A stretch of 64,000 bases of DNA from the NCBI GenBank assembly GCA_043228905.1, contig JBHGNT010000022.1, positions 10,850,001 through 10,914,000 on the forward strand. Reading direction: 5' to 3'. A program made the translations under genes and the position numbers. Positions 51,038 through 63,952 of the stretch are shown piece by piece. Source of the DNA: Azolla caroliniana (Eukaryota > Plantae > Polypodiophyta). The notes under the pieces were generated by a model. It ran no database searches and was not told the DNA's origin. It was given only the letters and a program-made list of their open reading frames with translations. Each line of letters opens with the position of its first letter. Position 1 is the first letter of the stretch.

Positions 51038-52968
51038 TGTCACAGACACACCAACCCTGGACTCGGACGGAGCACGGATGATGGGGCTAAGAGCGTGGAC
51101 CATAAGAAGTTGGGAACGACACAAGAGCATGAAGACAGAGACGAAGGAGACAAGATGGAATGAAATGAGAGTACTATATTGATGTGTCAATGACTAGTGT
51201 TGAATCCCTTGAAAGGGACCAAGGAGGTTACAAGTATTTATACTATGAGTCGAAGTACATGCATTAGAATATTCAGGAGAATATTCAGAATATTCTAGAA
51301 CCCTCTAGAACCTTCTAATTCTAGAACTTTCTAAAAACTCCTAGAACTTGAAAATTATAGATAATCTACTAATAATCTACTAAGATATAATAACATGATC
51401 ATGTATTTGGATGAGTTGGTTAGAACATAACACTTGACTATATGCAAGAGGTGAAGGGTTCAAATCTTGACATGATTATTGTTATGTATGTGACCTTATC
51501 CTCCCTTTTACGACTGCCTTTTCAGAAGTGTGGCAGTCATCTCCGTGACATTATCCTCCACTTTACGGCCGACTTTTTGGAAGCGTGGTGTAGGGGTGAG
51601 TTGAAAGGAAAAACCGGAGTAGGTTGAGGATTGGCAAACCATGTGGGTCCTCACCGGAGAATGGAACACGAGTGAACGTGAGCGACCATGTGTGGTCCTC
51701 ATCAGGAATTGAAGCACCAACGAGCGTGAGTGACCATGTGTGGTCGTCACCGGAGACACGAACACTAACGGGTGTGAGCGACCTTGTGCGGTCCTCACCG
51801 GAGACACGAACACCAACGGGAGTGAGCGACCATGTGTTGTCCTCACCAGGAACTGGAACACTTGACGTCGATGAAGGCTACGCAAAGTAGTGTTGATGAT
51901 GACCCCAAGAGGTGTTGAAGATGATGATGTCGAAGACGAAGCAATGAAGACAATGATGTTAAGGAAGCGTCTCTAGAAGCAATGACTGTGATTATGACAA
52001 TGATGGAAATAGAGAAATAAATGAAGAGGATAAGAAACACAGAGATCCAGATGTTGAGGATAAAAAGAAACACAAAGATCGAGATATAGAGGATGATAGA
52101 AAACACAATGACAGGGACATAGATGATAATAAACACATAGATAGGGATGATGATGATAAGAAACACATAGATAGATATGAAAACGGTAGGAAACACAAGG
52201 AGAAGTATGACAATGACAAAAAACGCCGAGATAGGGATGTGGAAGATGATAAGAAGCACAAAGATAGGGATGATGATAATAAGAAACACAGAGATAAATA
52301 TGTGGAGCATGAGAAGAAACTAAAAAACTGAGATGATGAGGAGGAGAAAATAAAAGACAGAGACAACGCTGAGAAGAAACTAGGAGATAGAGATGGCGAG
52401 GAAGATAGGAAACGAAGGGATGTTGATGACGGTAACTCTGGAAGCAAGGATGGTGACGATGGGAACTCTAGAAGCAAGGGCGATGACGAAGACGAGTGAT
52501 GCTTCTAGTTGGAAGGGATTCAAACTGTCACAGACACACCAACCTTGGACTCGGACGGAGCACGGATGATGGGGCTAAGAGCGTGGAACATAAGAAGCTG
52601 GGAATGACACAAGAGCATGAAGACAGAGATGAAGGAGACAAGATGGAATGAAATGAGAGTACTATATTGATGTGTCAATGACTAGTGTTGAATCCCTTGA
52701 AAGGGACCAAGGCGTTTACAAGTATTTATACCGTGAGTCAAAGTACATGCATTAGAATATTCTAGAACCCTCTAGAACCTTCTAATTCTAGAACTTTCTA
52801 AAAACTCCTAGAACTTGAAAATTATAGATAATCTACTAATAATCTACTAAGATATAAATAACATGATCATGTATTTGGATGAGTTGGTTAGAACATAACA
52901 CTTGACTATATGCAAGAGGTGAAGAGTTCAAATCTTGACATGATTGTTGTTATGTTATGTATGTGACA
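51038..52968 (-). mobile_element. Non-autonomous LTR retrotransposon (TRIM-like, 1.9 kb) with self-priming PBS
   Basis: LTRs at 51038-51495 and 52526-52968 (TGTCAC...GTGAC(C/A)), TSD GAGCC/AAGCC and PPT AAAAGGGAGGATAA (minus). The internal region is non-coding, with a 48-bp tandem array and low-complexity purine-rich DNA. Confidence 0.9.
51638..51860. repeat. 48-bp tandem repeat, about 5 copies, inside the TRIM-like element
   Basis: Unit ACCATGTGTGGTCGTCACCGGAGACACGAACACTAACGGGTGTGAGCG. Confidence 0.9.
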
Positions 52969-53399
52969 AAGCCCTATGGCGACAAAAAGGCAACATGGCA
53001 CTCTCCTCATGGCAGTCTTTAATTTGTTATTCTATCTTCTTTGTTTTTCATATCTGATTTATCATGGCAGTCTTTAATTTGTTATTACATCTTCTTAGTT
53101 CTAATTGGCTTTCAATTTTAGGGTTTCATTGTAATGGTGGGGAAATTATGATAATATATATTAGAACACTTATATTCAATGAAGAATATAATTTGGAAAA
53201 ATGTAATGTACCCTTCTTGTTGTATAATTCTATTTACTTGAGGATCTCCCCAAAATTTTCACATTGAAAATCTATGTAAAAGAATTGTTATTTCGCAAAT
53301 GGAAATATTATCGCACATAATCCCAAAGACTCCACTCACCCTCACCAAAATTACTCTAAGATGGTTGAAATGGAATTTTTGGCTCAGAAATGCAAGCAC

Positions 53400-56300
53400 T
53401 AAAGCATATTATACATTAAAGTGGAAAATTACGAGCAACAGGATTCAAACTTGCATTTCCATGAAACTTGGGCCCAACACCAGACCTGTCAGAAGATGTA
53501 TCGGAGATCATGGAGGCAGTCACATCTCACTATAGTGGGCTACTATCAAATAGTTATAGTCTCCCAGCCTAGCCTTCGCTGGCAGAATTTGTATTGGAGG
53601 GAATGCAACCAAGAATTTCAGAGGTTGCACAAGTTAAGTTGTCAAGGCCACTCTTGGAAGAAGAGGTGTCAGACGCTTTGGCAAGTATATGTAGTACATC
53701 TTGTCCAGTCGACGACGGATTATCAAAAGATTTTTATGAATTTTTTTGGGAACTAATTAAGGTTGACCTGATTGCTGGACTAAATGAGGCATGGGATGAT
53801 GGGTACCTCCCTGAACATTTTAAAGAGGGACTAATATTTCTAATTCCTAAGGTAAAGGGTATAGTTACGGATGTGAGGCAATGGAGACCGATTACGCTGC
53901 TCAATACAATCTATAAGATTTTTGCTAATATGCTGGCCAAGAGGGTCAAACCCCTCTTACATGCGCTAATTAGTGTTGGACAAACAGGATTCATGGAAAA
54001 TAGATGTATAATTGATAATGTGTTGACCTTTTGGGAAGCGATTGCCCTGGCGAAGAAAACCAATCAACATATTGCATGCCTCATGCTTGACTTTGAGAAG
54101 ACATATGACAGAGTACAGTGGCCTTTTTTAGACAAAGTCATGGAGCGGTTGGGACTACCCTCAAAATGGAGAGCAGCTGCGTTGGCCCTTTACAAAGGAA
54201 GCTTGAGTAGGGTGTTGGTATTAGGGCAACGGGGCCCATCAATGCCATTATGCAAGTCTGTCCGGCAGGGGTGCCCATTGGCCCCCTATCTTTATTTATT
54301 TATTTCAGAGGCATTCTCTTTCTTTCTAAATAGACCGGATGCAGGAATTCGGGGTTTGGTTGTCCCGCATGCTTGCAAGGACTTGTTGGACTCCATGTAT
54401 GCAGATGACACTATGCTCTATTTGCAAGGCAATGATGCTAATTTACAGCAGGCTGAAAAATGGATTGAGTTGTTTTGTGAAGCATCAGGGGGGAAAATTA
54501 ATTGGAACAAAAGTAGAGGGTTTTGGGTAAGTCCAAAATGCAAGCCGCATTGGCAACCTAATGCTGATTTTCAATGGGTTCCTAATGGAAGGGCGGTTAA
54601 GTATTTGGGCTTTTTGGTGGGAGTAGAGATTCAGAAAAATCAGCAGCTTGAGCAAGTGAAAGACAAAATTAGAAAAAAGCTTTGGTTATGGACATCAGTA
54701 AAGCTTTCCCTTGCAGGTAGAGTGGTTGTGGTAAACCACATTTTGTTGGCCACCATGTCGCACTCGTTGGCATGTTGGATGTTAGATAAAGACTGCATCA
54801 AAAAATATTAAGGCAATGGTGAGAGGGTTCCTTTGGTCGGGTAGAGACCATGAGACAACGTCAGCTAAAGTGGCCTGGAGTTGTTTGATCAAGGAAAAAA
54901 GTCAAGGTGGACTTGGGCTGGTGGATCCGGTTCACCAAAGTAAGGCTTTACTTGGTAAGCTCTTGGTGCGAAGTCTCCAACCTGGACCAGAATTGTGGAA
55001 ATTGCTTCTTAGAGACAGAGCTAAACTTTGGTGTCCGAGGAATGGCGGCCCTTGGACGGCAAAGACGTGGTGGCTGTTTAGTCCAGGCCTAACGTTAAAA
55101 GAACCTACTAGCATGGAGGATAGGGTGGCCCGCTCCATAATGAGGGCATGGTCAAGTTTAAGAGAGGGGCTTGTCTTAATGTAGCCAAAAACAATGGAGG
55201 AACAACTCCGTCAACCTCTATTTTGGAACCCCAGGATTCGAAATGATGACAGTATGATGCTTGGTCAGAAAAAATACTTGCCATGGGGAAAAATGGTAGA
55301 GTACAATGTTAGTTCAGTAAGAGACTGGGAGGAGTTCAAAAGGAGAAGAAGGGAGGGACTGGTTGGTAGCCCTAGATTTACTGGCAGGTTGGAAAAGATT
55401 ACCCATTTGATAGATAAGGCTGTTGATGGTCTAGCTAGGATGAATGAAGAAGAGGGGGTCTGGTTTGGGTGGTTTGTGGGTGAGGACGATGCACAAGGTA
55501 TCCGAGGCAGGTGCCCATCTAATGAGTATCGGTGGTGGGGCAACCTAAGTGCTTTGGCAGACAATGGCCAGTGGTTGGCAGTACGAGTGGCAATGCTAGA
55601 AGGTAAGAAGTGGCAAGTAAACCCGGACCCAGGGAAGCTGCAATTTGATTGTAAGCTTTGGATAGTTGACAACAAGCCCATATGTGATCTGGATTGGGAT
55701 CCACTAGAGGTGTGGTGGCAGAAACCGGGAACGGACAAACTTGAACGGTTTTTCGAGTACACTACCAAGCTAGGAAGGCAAATCATTGGATCTAAATCGA
55801 TGGGTGTTGCCCTAACTCGCAATAGCTGGAAGGATAAAGGCATTTTTGATGGCTGGTTGAAGTCGTTTTGGAGGAGGCTATGGGCGTTCGATATGCCAGA
55901 AAAAATAAAGCTTTGGTTGTGGCTTCTTAGTCACAAAGTTGTACCAGTGGGGGAGTGGCTTAGGTGTCGTGGTGGTGAGGCTGGATGCAAAATTTGTGGT
56001 CACCCTTTGGAATCAATTCCTCATTGTTTTTGGAATTGTAACGAGGCTATTAACATTTGGGGTAGAAGTCTCCGGATAGTGGCAGCATGCGGCGTGAATG
56101 GGAGAGTTGTATGGGGGTCCGTACAGGGGCTAAAGTTAACAGGGGAAGGTTGGGCTGAACAGTTAAACCCTCACGGACATGGATTTATAGTGCAAGGTGG
56201 CAAGGTGTTTCAACGGGCTGGAGTTCGACCTAGCACTAACTCAGAACTTTTTGAAGAGATATGGAGGATGGTGGCTTGTTTATCGGTCTGGCACATTTGG

Positions 56301-56754
56301 ACCAACTGCTGTAAGTTTGTTTTTCAACAACAAAAGATCCCTAGTGGTGAGGTATTAATAAATATCTGGTTTGAGTTGGTCTCTTGGCTGCGGGGACGAT
56401 ACGACTCGATTAAGGGGGAATCTGATGCAGCTGAAAGATCTCGATCAAAGTTCTTGCTGAAATGGGGTAATTCTCCTATGGTCGGCAGATCATCATCAGG
56501 GCCTCAATGGCACTACCAAGCACCCCGATGGTTGTTTCCCCCAATAGTTTCCAACAATGCCTAGGTGTTGTAAATTTGTATAGCTATGGTACAAATAACT
56601 AGGTTATTGGAGTTGTTTGGATACGTTTATTGAAAATGAGGTGGGGACTATGTCCGCTTTGGTGGGAAGGCCAGTTGAGAGGAATTTTGAGAGTTCTATG
56701 ATGTAATTTTGTTTGCTAACTAATGCGAAGCAGTATTTTTTTGGGAAAAAAAAA
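53400..56754 (+). mobile_element. 5'-truncated L1/Tx1-type LINE with disrupted ORF2
   Basis: WRPITLLNTIYK, LDFEKTYD, RQGCPLAP, YADD, KYLG and zf-RVT CKIC...HCFWNC. Frameshift near 54811, stop at 55182 and A9 tail at 56746-56754. The 5' boundary is approximate. Confidence 0.93.
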
Positions 56755-57849
56755 GCCTAAGTAACTTGCTGACTTCATCCCTAAATTGACCTTTATCCCC
56801 TTCCTTTCATACCCACTCTTCCATTAAGGCCCCCTACTATTAGAGTCTAACTAATTAAGAAAGTAAAACACAAGGAATTATAGACCAAAGAAAGGAAAGA
56901 GGGATGCCAAACCACCTAACCACCCCCTAGCAATAACATGAGACGAACCCAAACCTCTTCTATGTCCCATACTATCGAGGGTTGATGCGAGTCGTACCTT
57001 GGGTTTTGCAAAGATAAGATGTTCTTAGCTAATAAGAGCCATAACCATAATGTCACAGTCTCAACATAAGTCATGCTTTCCTAATAAGAAGGTTTTTTCC
57101 CTTATATAGGTTGAAACCCTAGGCCCTAGGGTATTTAAACTCAACCACTTTAGATACACTTGACTAATTTATCTAAAGTGGTCAAGTGATAACACACTTA
57201 ATAGTTATCTCACATCGTAGAATTGAATATTATAATTCATACTGTCATTTCTTTCAAAATTAACCCACACATACTTATAATAAGATTAGTGAAAATTACG
57301 GAAAACCTATCTTATGGTTAGTTATGGTGATGTACATAACATACTACCACACTTTAAAAAATTGCACTCTTGCGATAACTATTGGAGGGAAGTGTTTTTT
57401 GATGTGCTTTGTCAACCAGAAGATTGACCAATTAGGCAAATGAACGAACTTTAAGGACTATGAAAGGTCCACAAACTTTTGGGGTTAATTTTGTGAACTT
57501 ACCCATAAAAAAAGTCGTAGAGTTTAGAATACCATCTATCTAGGGTTAAATATACGAGTTTGTCAATGCTTGTTGGCATACAATCATGCTATGTATTGAG
57601 TAATTGTAACTTTTCTTGTGTGATATGGAACATATGTTTGCATATCCCTTAGATAGTTTATACAATGTATATGTTAACATTGATCAAGGTTCATGGCTAA
57701 AATAATACATTAATATTAAAGAACTATATCCTATCGATATATGTTTGGAGAAAACTTCATAATAGGAAGTTATTATTCCTATAAGCTAGAAACTAATAAC
57801 CTATAAGTTATTACTTCATAATATATCAAATGGAAAATCAAAGTCCTTA

Positions 57850-60220
57850 ATGAGTCATAAGAATCTCACATATTTCCAAATGGTTCGAGTACTTAATAGG
57901 AGACTAGCTTGTTGGGCACAATTTCTCGCCCAATTTGATTTCAAAATTATATATCGGCGTGAAGCTTTATAGGGAAAAGTAGATGCTTTGTCACGACGTT
58001 CATATCTCACACCTCGTCTTGGTGAGTCAGTCTTTGATAATAACAAAACAAATTCTTTTGGGTCCTACATGATTACACACAAGTAAAGTATCTCTCTTAT
58101 GCCATTAGATTTAAACATACTTGACATAATACAACACGATATTCATTTAGATATTTTTGCTCAACAAGTATTAGATCATATTCATCTTGAATATGCTAGA
58201 GCACAACTCTTGGCAAAACTTTATATAGATCATAAGAAGTTCATGTGGCATGATGGAATCTTATACTACAATGGAATTTTATGTGTCCCAAACGGGTCTG
58301 CTCATCTCAAAGTTTTAGAGCTTTGTCATAATACTTACATGATTGGACATTTCAGGATCCATAAAACATTAGAATTAGTTACTCCATAGTACGTAAAATT
58401 TGTGTTCGTCTAGCATAACATTCGTTTTCATACGTTGGAAAACGAATGCGAATGCTATTCAAACATTCATGTGTTTTTTTCCCCTTTTTAAAAGTTTTCT
58501 TTTTCCTTTTTTAGGTTTATTTACCTCATAATAAATAGTTAATCCAAAAGTATGGTATTTGCCATTCTTCGAGGGTGTTTACCATGCTCGAATGTTTTAA
58601 TCATTCACGAATGGGAATGTACGTATGGTACACATGGTTCATACTATGAGTTACTCGATCATTTTGGCTGCCTCAGATCCGTAATTTTGTGGAAGATTAT
58701 GTCTTCACATGTGGACACTTGTCAAACAAAGATACATTGCCATCACCCCTATGGGTTATTGCATCATTTACCAATTTTCAAACGACCTTGGCAATCTATT
58801 TCGTTAGATTTTATTATAGATTTGCCACTTTCTAAAGATTTTGATGCTATTCTAACAATAGTTGATCGATTTAGGAAGATGCCACATTTTATACCATGTA
58901 TTAAGAGTTTTAGTAGCGAAGAAACAACTAATCTTGTTATGAGAGAAGTTTTTCGACATCATAGTCTCCCAAACAACATTATTAATGATCATGGGTCTCA
59001 ATTCGTGTCTAAGTTCTAGAAACATTTATTGTTGTTACTCAAGGTCTTTTGCAAACTCTCTTCTAGTCTTCATCCACAAACTGATGGTCAAACTGAACGC
59101 ACTAATCAAACATTTGAACAATATCTTTATTGTTTCATTAGCTACCAATAGGATGATTGGACTGATATTTTGCGTTTCAGACTACTAAAAAAGTAATAAA
59201 ATTGAATTGTCAAGCTCTTTGAATTTAGTGGAACCTCAATACATATGGTGTTTGCATACTTAGCTAGGTATGGAGTGCCTAACCATGTTTGAAGTTAGAT
59301 GCAAAGAGTTCCACCAAGTAATTTTCTGACATGTCTTATGGCACAATAAGACAACATCTGCAAACTTCAAGGTATAATTGCCAAAAATGTTGTGTATCCA
59401 CCATTATGGTAGTATCTTCATTATAGTTTGGTCACATAGACCATGTGATTACACTCATTTGCGAATTCTATCATTAGATAGATGAGTATGACATACATGG
59501 TCAATTTTCTTGCGATGAGAAAAAGATATAATAATAGACAATCAAATGACTTTTGCAAACATCGGCATTTTTTTCTCACATTTGTTTTGTGCAATTCAAG
59601 GTCCCTAAGTTAGACTAAAAGAACGAAAACCACACATATGGACATTGTTTACATTTCTTCCACTAAGTTTGCAAACAATAATTCAGTTCATTCCTCTACT
59701 AAGGTCATGCCATTCTTCGCATATAGTGGTTATCATCCTCGATGGTCTTTCTTAGAGCTTCCTAGAGTTTCTACAAATCCAAGTGTAGAAGATCGGTTAT
59801 CTCAACTATGATAGATTCAAGCACATGTGTCCAATCATTGATACCAAGCGGTAGCATCCCACAAAAGTGATGCAAATCATCGTTGTCTTGAACATACGTT
59901 TCACATAGGCAATCATGTATGGTTATTGCGTCAACACGACCTTGTGATAAACTGGATTATGAATGATTGGGACCATTTATGATCTCATCAAAGATTAATT
60001 AGGTGACTTTCGCTCTTGATCTCCCTTCCCATATGTGACTTCACTCAATGTTTCATTGTTCCCTTCTTGAACCTTATACCACAAGTATTATTTTGAATTG
60101 TGTGATGCCACCACTACCTCCTATCAAACTTGCTAATGATCTCGAATAAGAAGTTGCAATGGTTCTCAAATCCAAGATACTATGCAATAAATTACATTAT
60201 TTAGTGGATTGGTTGGGTTA
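57850..60220 (+). mobile_element. Decayed Ty3/Gypsy chromovirus pol (RNase H end, integrase, chromodomain)
   Basis: DALSRR, PWQSISLDFIIDLP, HPQTDGQTER and chromodomain-like YLVDWLGY near 60198. Multiple stops. Confidence 0.85.
58385..58648. mobile_element. hAT-type MITE inserted in the Gypsy integrase
   Basis: TIR CATAGTACG / CATACTATG. Perfect 8-bp TSD AGTTACTC at 58377-58384 and 58649-58656. Confidence 0.93.
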
Positions 60221-60479
60221 TCAGTGTGGGAATGGTGCGCGGAAGCAAGTGAGGACCTGTCTGTCGATGTGCACATCAAACAACATAGAGAATGTGACTG
60301 AACCGTGGGCACAATTTTGGCTCAATTGAAAGCTTTCTCTTATTTCTGTTCTCTGTCTCAGAGACTCAATGTATCCAAGGATAATCTCGTCTCTCTAGTT
60401 ACAACGTTAAGTTATAGCTTATATATTAAGCCCTAACTCTTTGGATGTGTTCACACTAGGATATAAAGTGGAAGGATCG

Positions 60480-60935
60480 TTATGCCAAAAAAACTCCCCC
60501 GTAACGAGACTACTCATTCCTAGATCACAAAATTAATCTAAATTTATATTACAAGTTAGTCAGCATAAAGCCGAGTTGGTGAAGGTGAAGTCAATTTCTA
60601 GCCGTTAGTATATTCTAGAATTATTCTATGGTATATTCTAAACGGCTATATTCTCGAGTATATGCTAGAGATATTCAATCTTGGAAATTGTATAAATACT
60701 TGTAACATCCTTGGTCCCTTTGAAGAGATTCAACACCAGTCATTGACACATCAATCTAGTATTCTCGTTGCGCCTCATCTTTGCCTCCTTGATCTTTATT
60801 TCTATCTTCATGCCCTCATGTCGCTCACAACATCTAGAGTTCCTCGCCTCGTCACATCTAGCTCCAAGTTCATCCGACGCTCGTAGCCCCATCATCCATG
60901 CTCTGTCCGAGTCCGCACTTGGTGTGTCCGTGACA
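60480..60935 (+). mobile_element. LTR related to the TRIM-like element LTRs (opposite orientation)
   Basis: TATAAATACTTGTAAC..CCTTGGTCCCTTT.AAG.GATTCAACAC.AGTCATTGACACATCAAT and the terminus TTGGTGTGTCCGTGACA match the reverse complement of 51038-51242. The left boundary is uncertain. Confidence 0.8.
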
Positions 60936-61188
60936 CTTCGTTCGCCTCTCAATCATTTCATTTCCAGTCGATATCCTCGCCCAATACTATTTCTTCAGCC
61001 CCTTGTGTTTCCGAACGTGTCGATTTCACTCTTTTCGTGAGTAAGTTCGGGTTGGTTTTCGATTTCCCTTCTGCTCCTCATTCGACATTCTTTTGATCGG
61101 TCGATTGTCGTAGTTCCATCTTTGTCCTCACTGTTCCAAAGTGTTGATCTGGGAGTGGCTTCGTCAGGCAATCGACGATGTTCACCTT

Positions 61189-61246
61189 TGTAAAGAATCA
61201 AGAGATGGATTCTTGTGAAACGGAAGAGATGTGAGTTATGTGAGTG

Positions 61247-61309
<63 letters not shown>

Positions 61310-63952
61310 CAGAGAATACGCAAGGTAAAAGTATATAGACAAAGGAGAAAGACACAACAATATACAAGGTGGGAGGAGGGTGCTTTATGTAGTCACCCTC
61401 TCTCTTCATTAACTACAAGCCTCATGGAGCATGGGGAATGTGAAAGCTCATAAGTTATGTGTCGTAGAATATGATTCTATGACTCATACTAAATGCTAGA
61501 ATACAAAGTGGTGACATAATGGTGACTCTTGACCGTTGGAGTGTCTCTTCACTCTCAAGGTGAGTTCACACACTAGACCAAGTTGAGCTTGATTCTCAAC
61601 ATGCCCCCTCAAGCTCAAGTCGGGTCGGTTTCAGACGGTATCCAAAATCCGCTTCAACTCGCGTTCCGGAGTCTGCGTCGGCTCGCTTTATGCGGAGTTG
61701 CGGAATCCGTGCTCCAGCTTGCGTTGTGCGAAGTCTGTGCTTCGGCTTGCGTCTTTCTTCGCGGCTTTGCGTGGTAGATCGGCTCTTCGCTGCTTTGTTG
61801 CATGGTTGCGGAATCCACGTGTTATTGCGTCTTTCTTCGTGGCTTTGCGTGGTAGATCGGCTCTTCACTGCTTCGTTGCGTGGTTGCGGAATCCACGCGT
61901 TATTGCATAGTGTCTTCAGTACTCCCCCTCAAGCTTGGCAGGTCAGGGATCGTCAATCCGAGATCGGTCATGAATTGCCATAGCTTGTCAGCTCCTAAGG
62001 CTTTAGTGAAGATGTCGGCCGTTTGAAGATTGGTGCTAATGTGTTGTAGGTCGACATCGCCAGCCAGAATGCGCTCTCGGATGAAGTGATAGTGCACTTC
62101 GATGTGCTTTGTCTGCGCATGGAACACCGGGTTTCGAGCCAGATAGATACTGCTCATGTTGTCGCAGTAAAGGGAAGTCGGATCCTTGATGGGTACGCCT
62201 AGATCCTTCAAAATACTCTTGAGCCATACGGCTTCACATGCAGCTATGGCTGCGCCCCTATATTCCGCCTCCATACTCGAAAGAGCGACGGTAGGCTGCT
62301 TCTTGCTACTCCAGGATATTGCTCCACTACCGAGGGAGAAAAAAAATCCGGAGGTTGATCTTCTATCAGCTTTGTAGCCGGCCCAATTGGCGTCTGTGTA
62401 CCTCTCGAGTCGTATTAGCATCGCGGTCTTGTAGAGGATGCCACAATCCTTTGTGCTGCTGACGTAGCGTAGAACTCGCTTAACGCAATCCAAGTGAGTA
62501 TCATGCGATGTTTGCATGAATTGGCTAAGGAGACCGACCGGATAACTAAGATCGGGTCGTGTGATCGTGAGGTAGATGAGACTCCCGATGAGTTGCCGAT
62601 ACTGAATCGGCTCACACGCTTTGGTGCCGGAGTTCGCATCTAGTTTGAGATTACGATCGAGCGGGGTTGCCACAGATTTGCACTCAGCCATCCCAAACTT
62701 GTATAACAAGTTGAGGATGTAGTGCCGTTGAGAGATCATGATTCCGGCCGGAGTCCGAATTACCTCGATGCCGAGGAAGTAGTGGAGCTCCTTCATGTCT
62801 ATCATCTCGAACTTGTCGGAAAGGAGGGATTTGATTTTATTGATTTCGACGAGATGCTCACCTCCAATGACTAGGTCATCCACATATAAAATGATGACGA
62901 TCGGACTTGCGGAATCGCTTCGTATGTAGAGGGAGTTGTCTGATTTTGACATATGGAAGCCGATTTGATGAAGATATTGCGTTATCTTCGAATGCCAAGC
63001 ACGCGATGCTTGCTTGAGGCCGTAGAGTGGCTTCTTGAGTCGGCAAACAACTTTCGGATGGGTGCTCGAGTTGAAGCCGGGTGGTTGGATCATGTACACC
63101 TCCTCTTCTAATTCGCCTTGTAGAAAGGCGTTCTTGACATCCATTTGATGGAGGTGCCACCCTTTTGCCGCGGCAATCGCAATTACGGTCCGCACCGTCG
63201 TCATCTTTGCCACCGGGGCAAAGGTCTCTTCGTAGTCGACGCCATGCGTCTGAGCGTATCCTTTCGCTACGAGTCGAGCTTTGTAGCAGTTTACGGAGCC
63301 ATCGGCGTTATACTTCACCTTCTAGATCCAATCGCCTTTTTGTGTGGTGAGGTGGGAACGAGATCCCACGTCTCGTTCTTCCGTAGTGCCTGCATCTCCT
63401 CGTTCATTGCTTCGATCCATCGCGGGTCCCTCGCGACTTCCGAAAAGGTTTCCGGCTCCCGTACTGTCGCTACCGTCATCATAAAGGCGTAATGGTACGC
63501 CATATAATCGCTGTAGCTGAATCAGCTTACGGGGTTCTTTTCACGCGGCTTGCGGCTTGCTCCCATATTGCGTATCCGGGAGCCGCTTCGGCGGGTCGGT
63601 CTTCATGTGCTCCTTTGATGTAGCTCCAATAGCCTTGTCCGACAAGGTATTGGTGCATCTTGTACTCCCAAGATGCGAAGTTGTTTCGATCCAACTATCG
63701 GTAGGGAGAGTGCTCCCCATTTGAGTATTCATTATGTCGATTCTTCTTCTTCTTCTTCTTCTCTCTTCGAATGCGAGCTATGTAGCGAAGCTACGATAGC
63801 TATGAGCCGGTTCTTGGTCATCGGCGTAGAGCACAACACACGATCACGATGAGGCGAATGGGCTAGATCGAGCTACCAAATCGCTCTGATACCATGTAAA
63901 GAATCAAGAGATGGATTCTTGTGAATCGGAAGAGATGTGAGTTATGTGTGTG

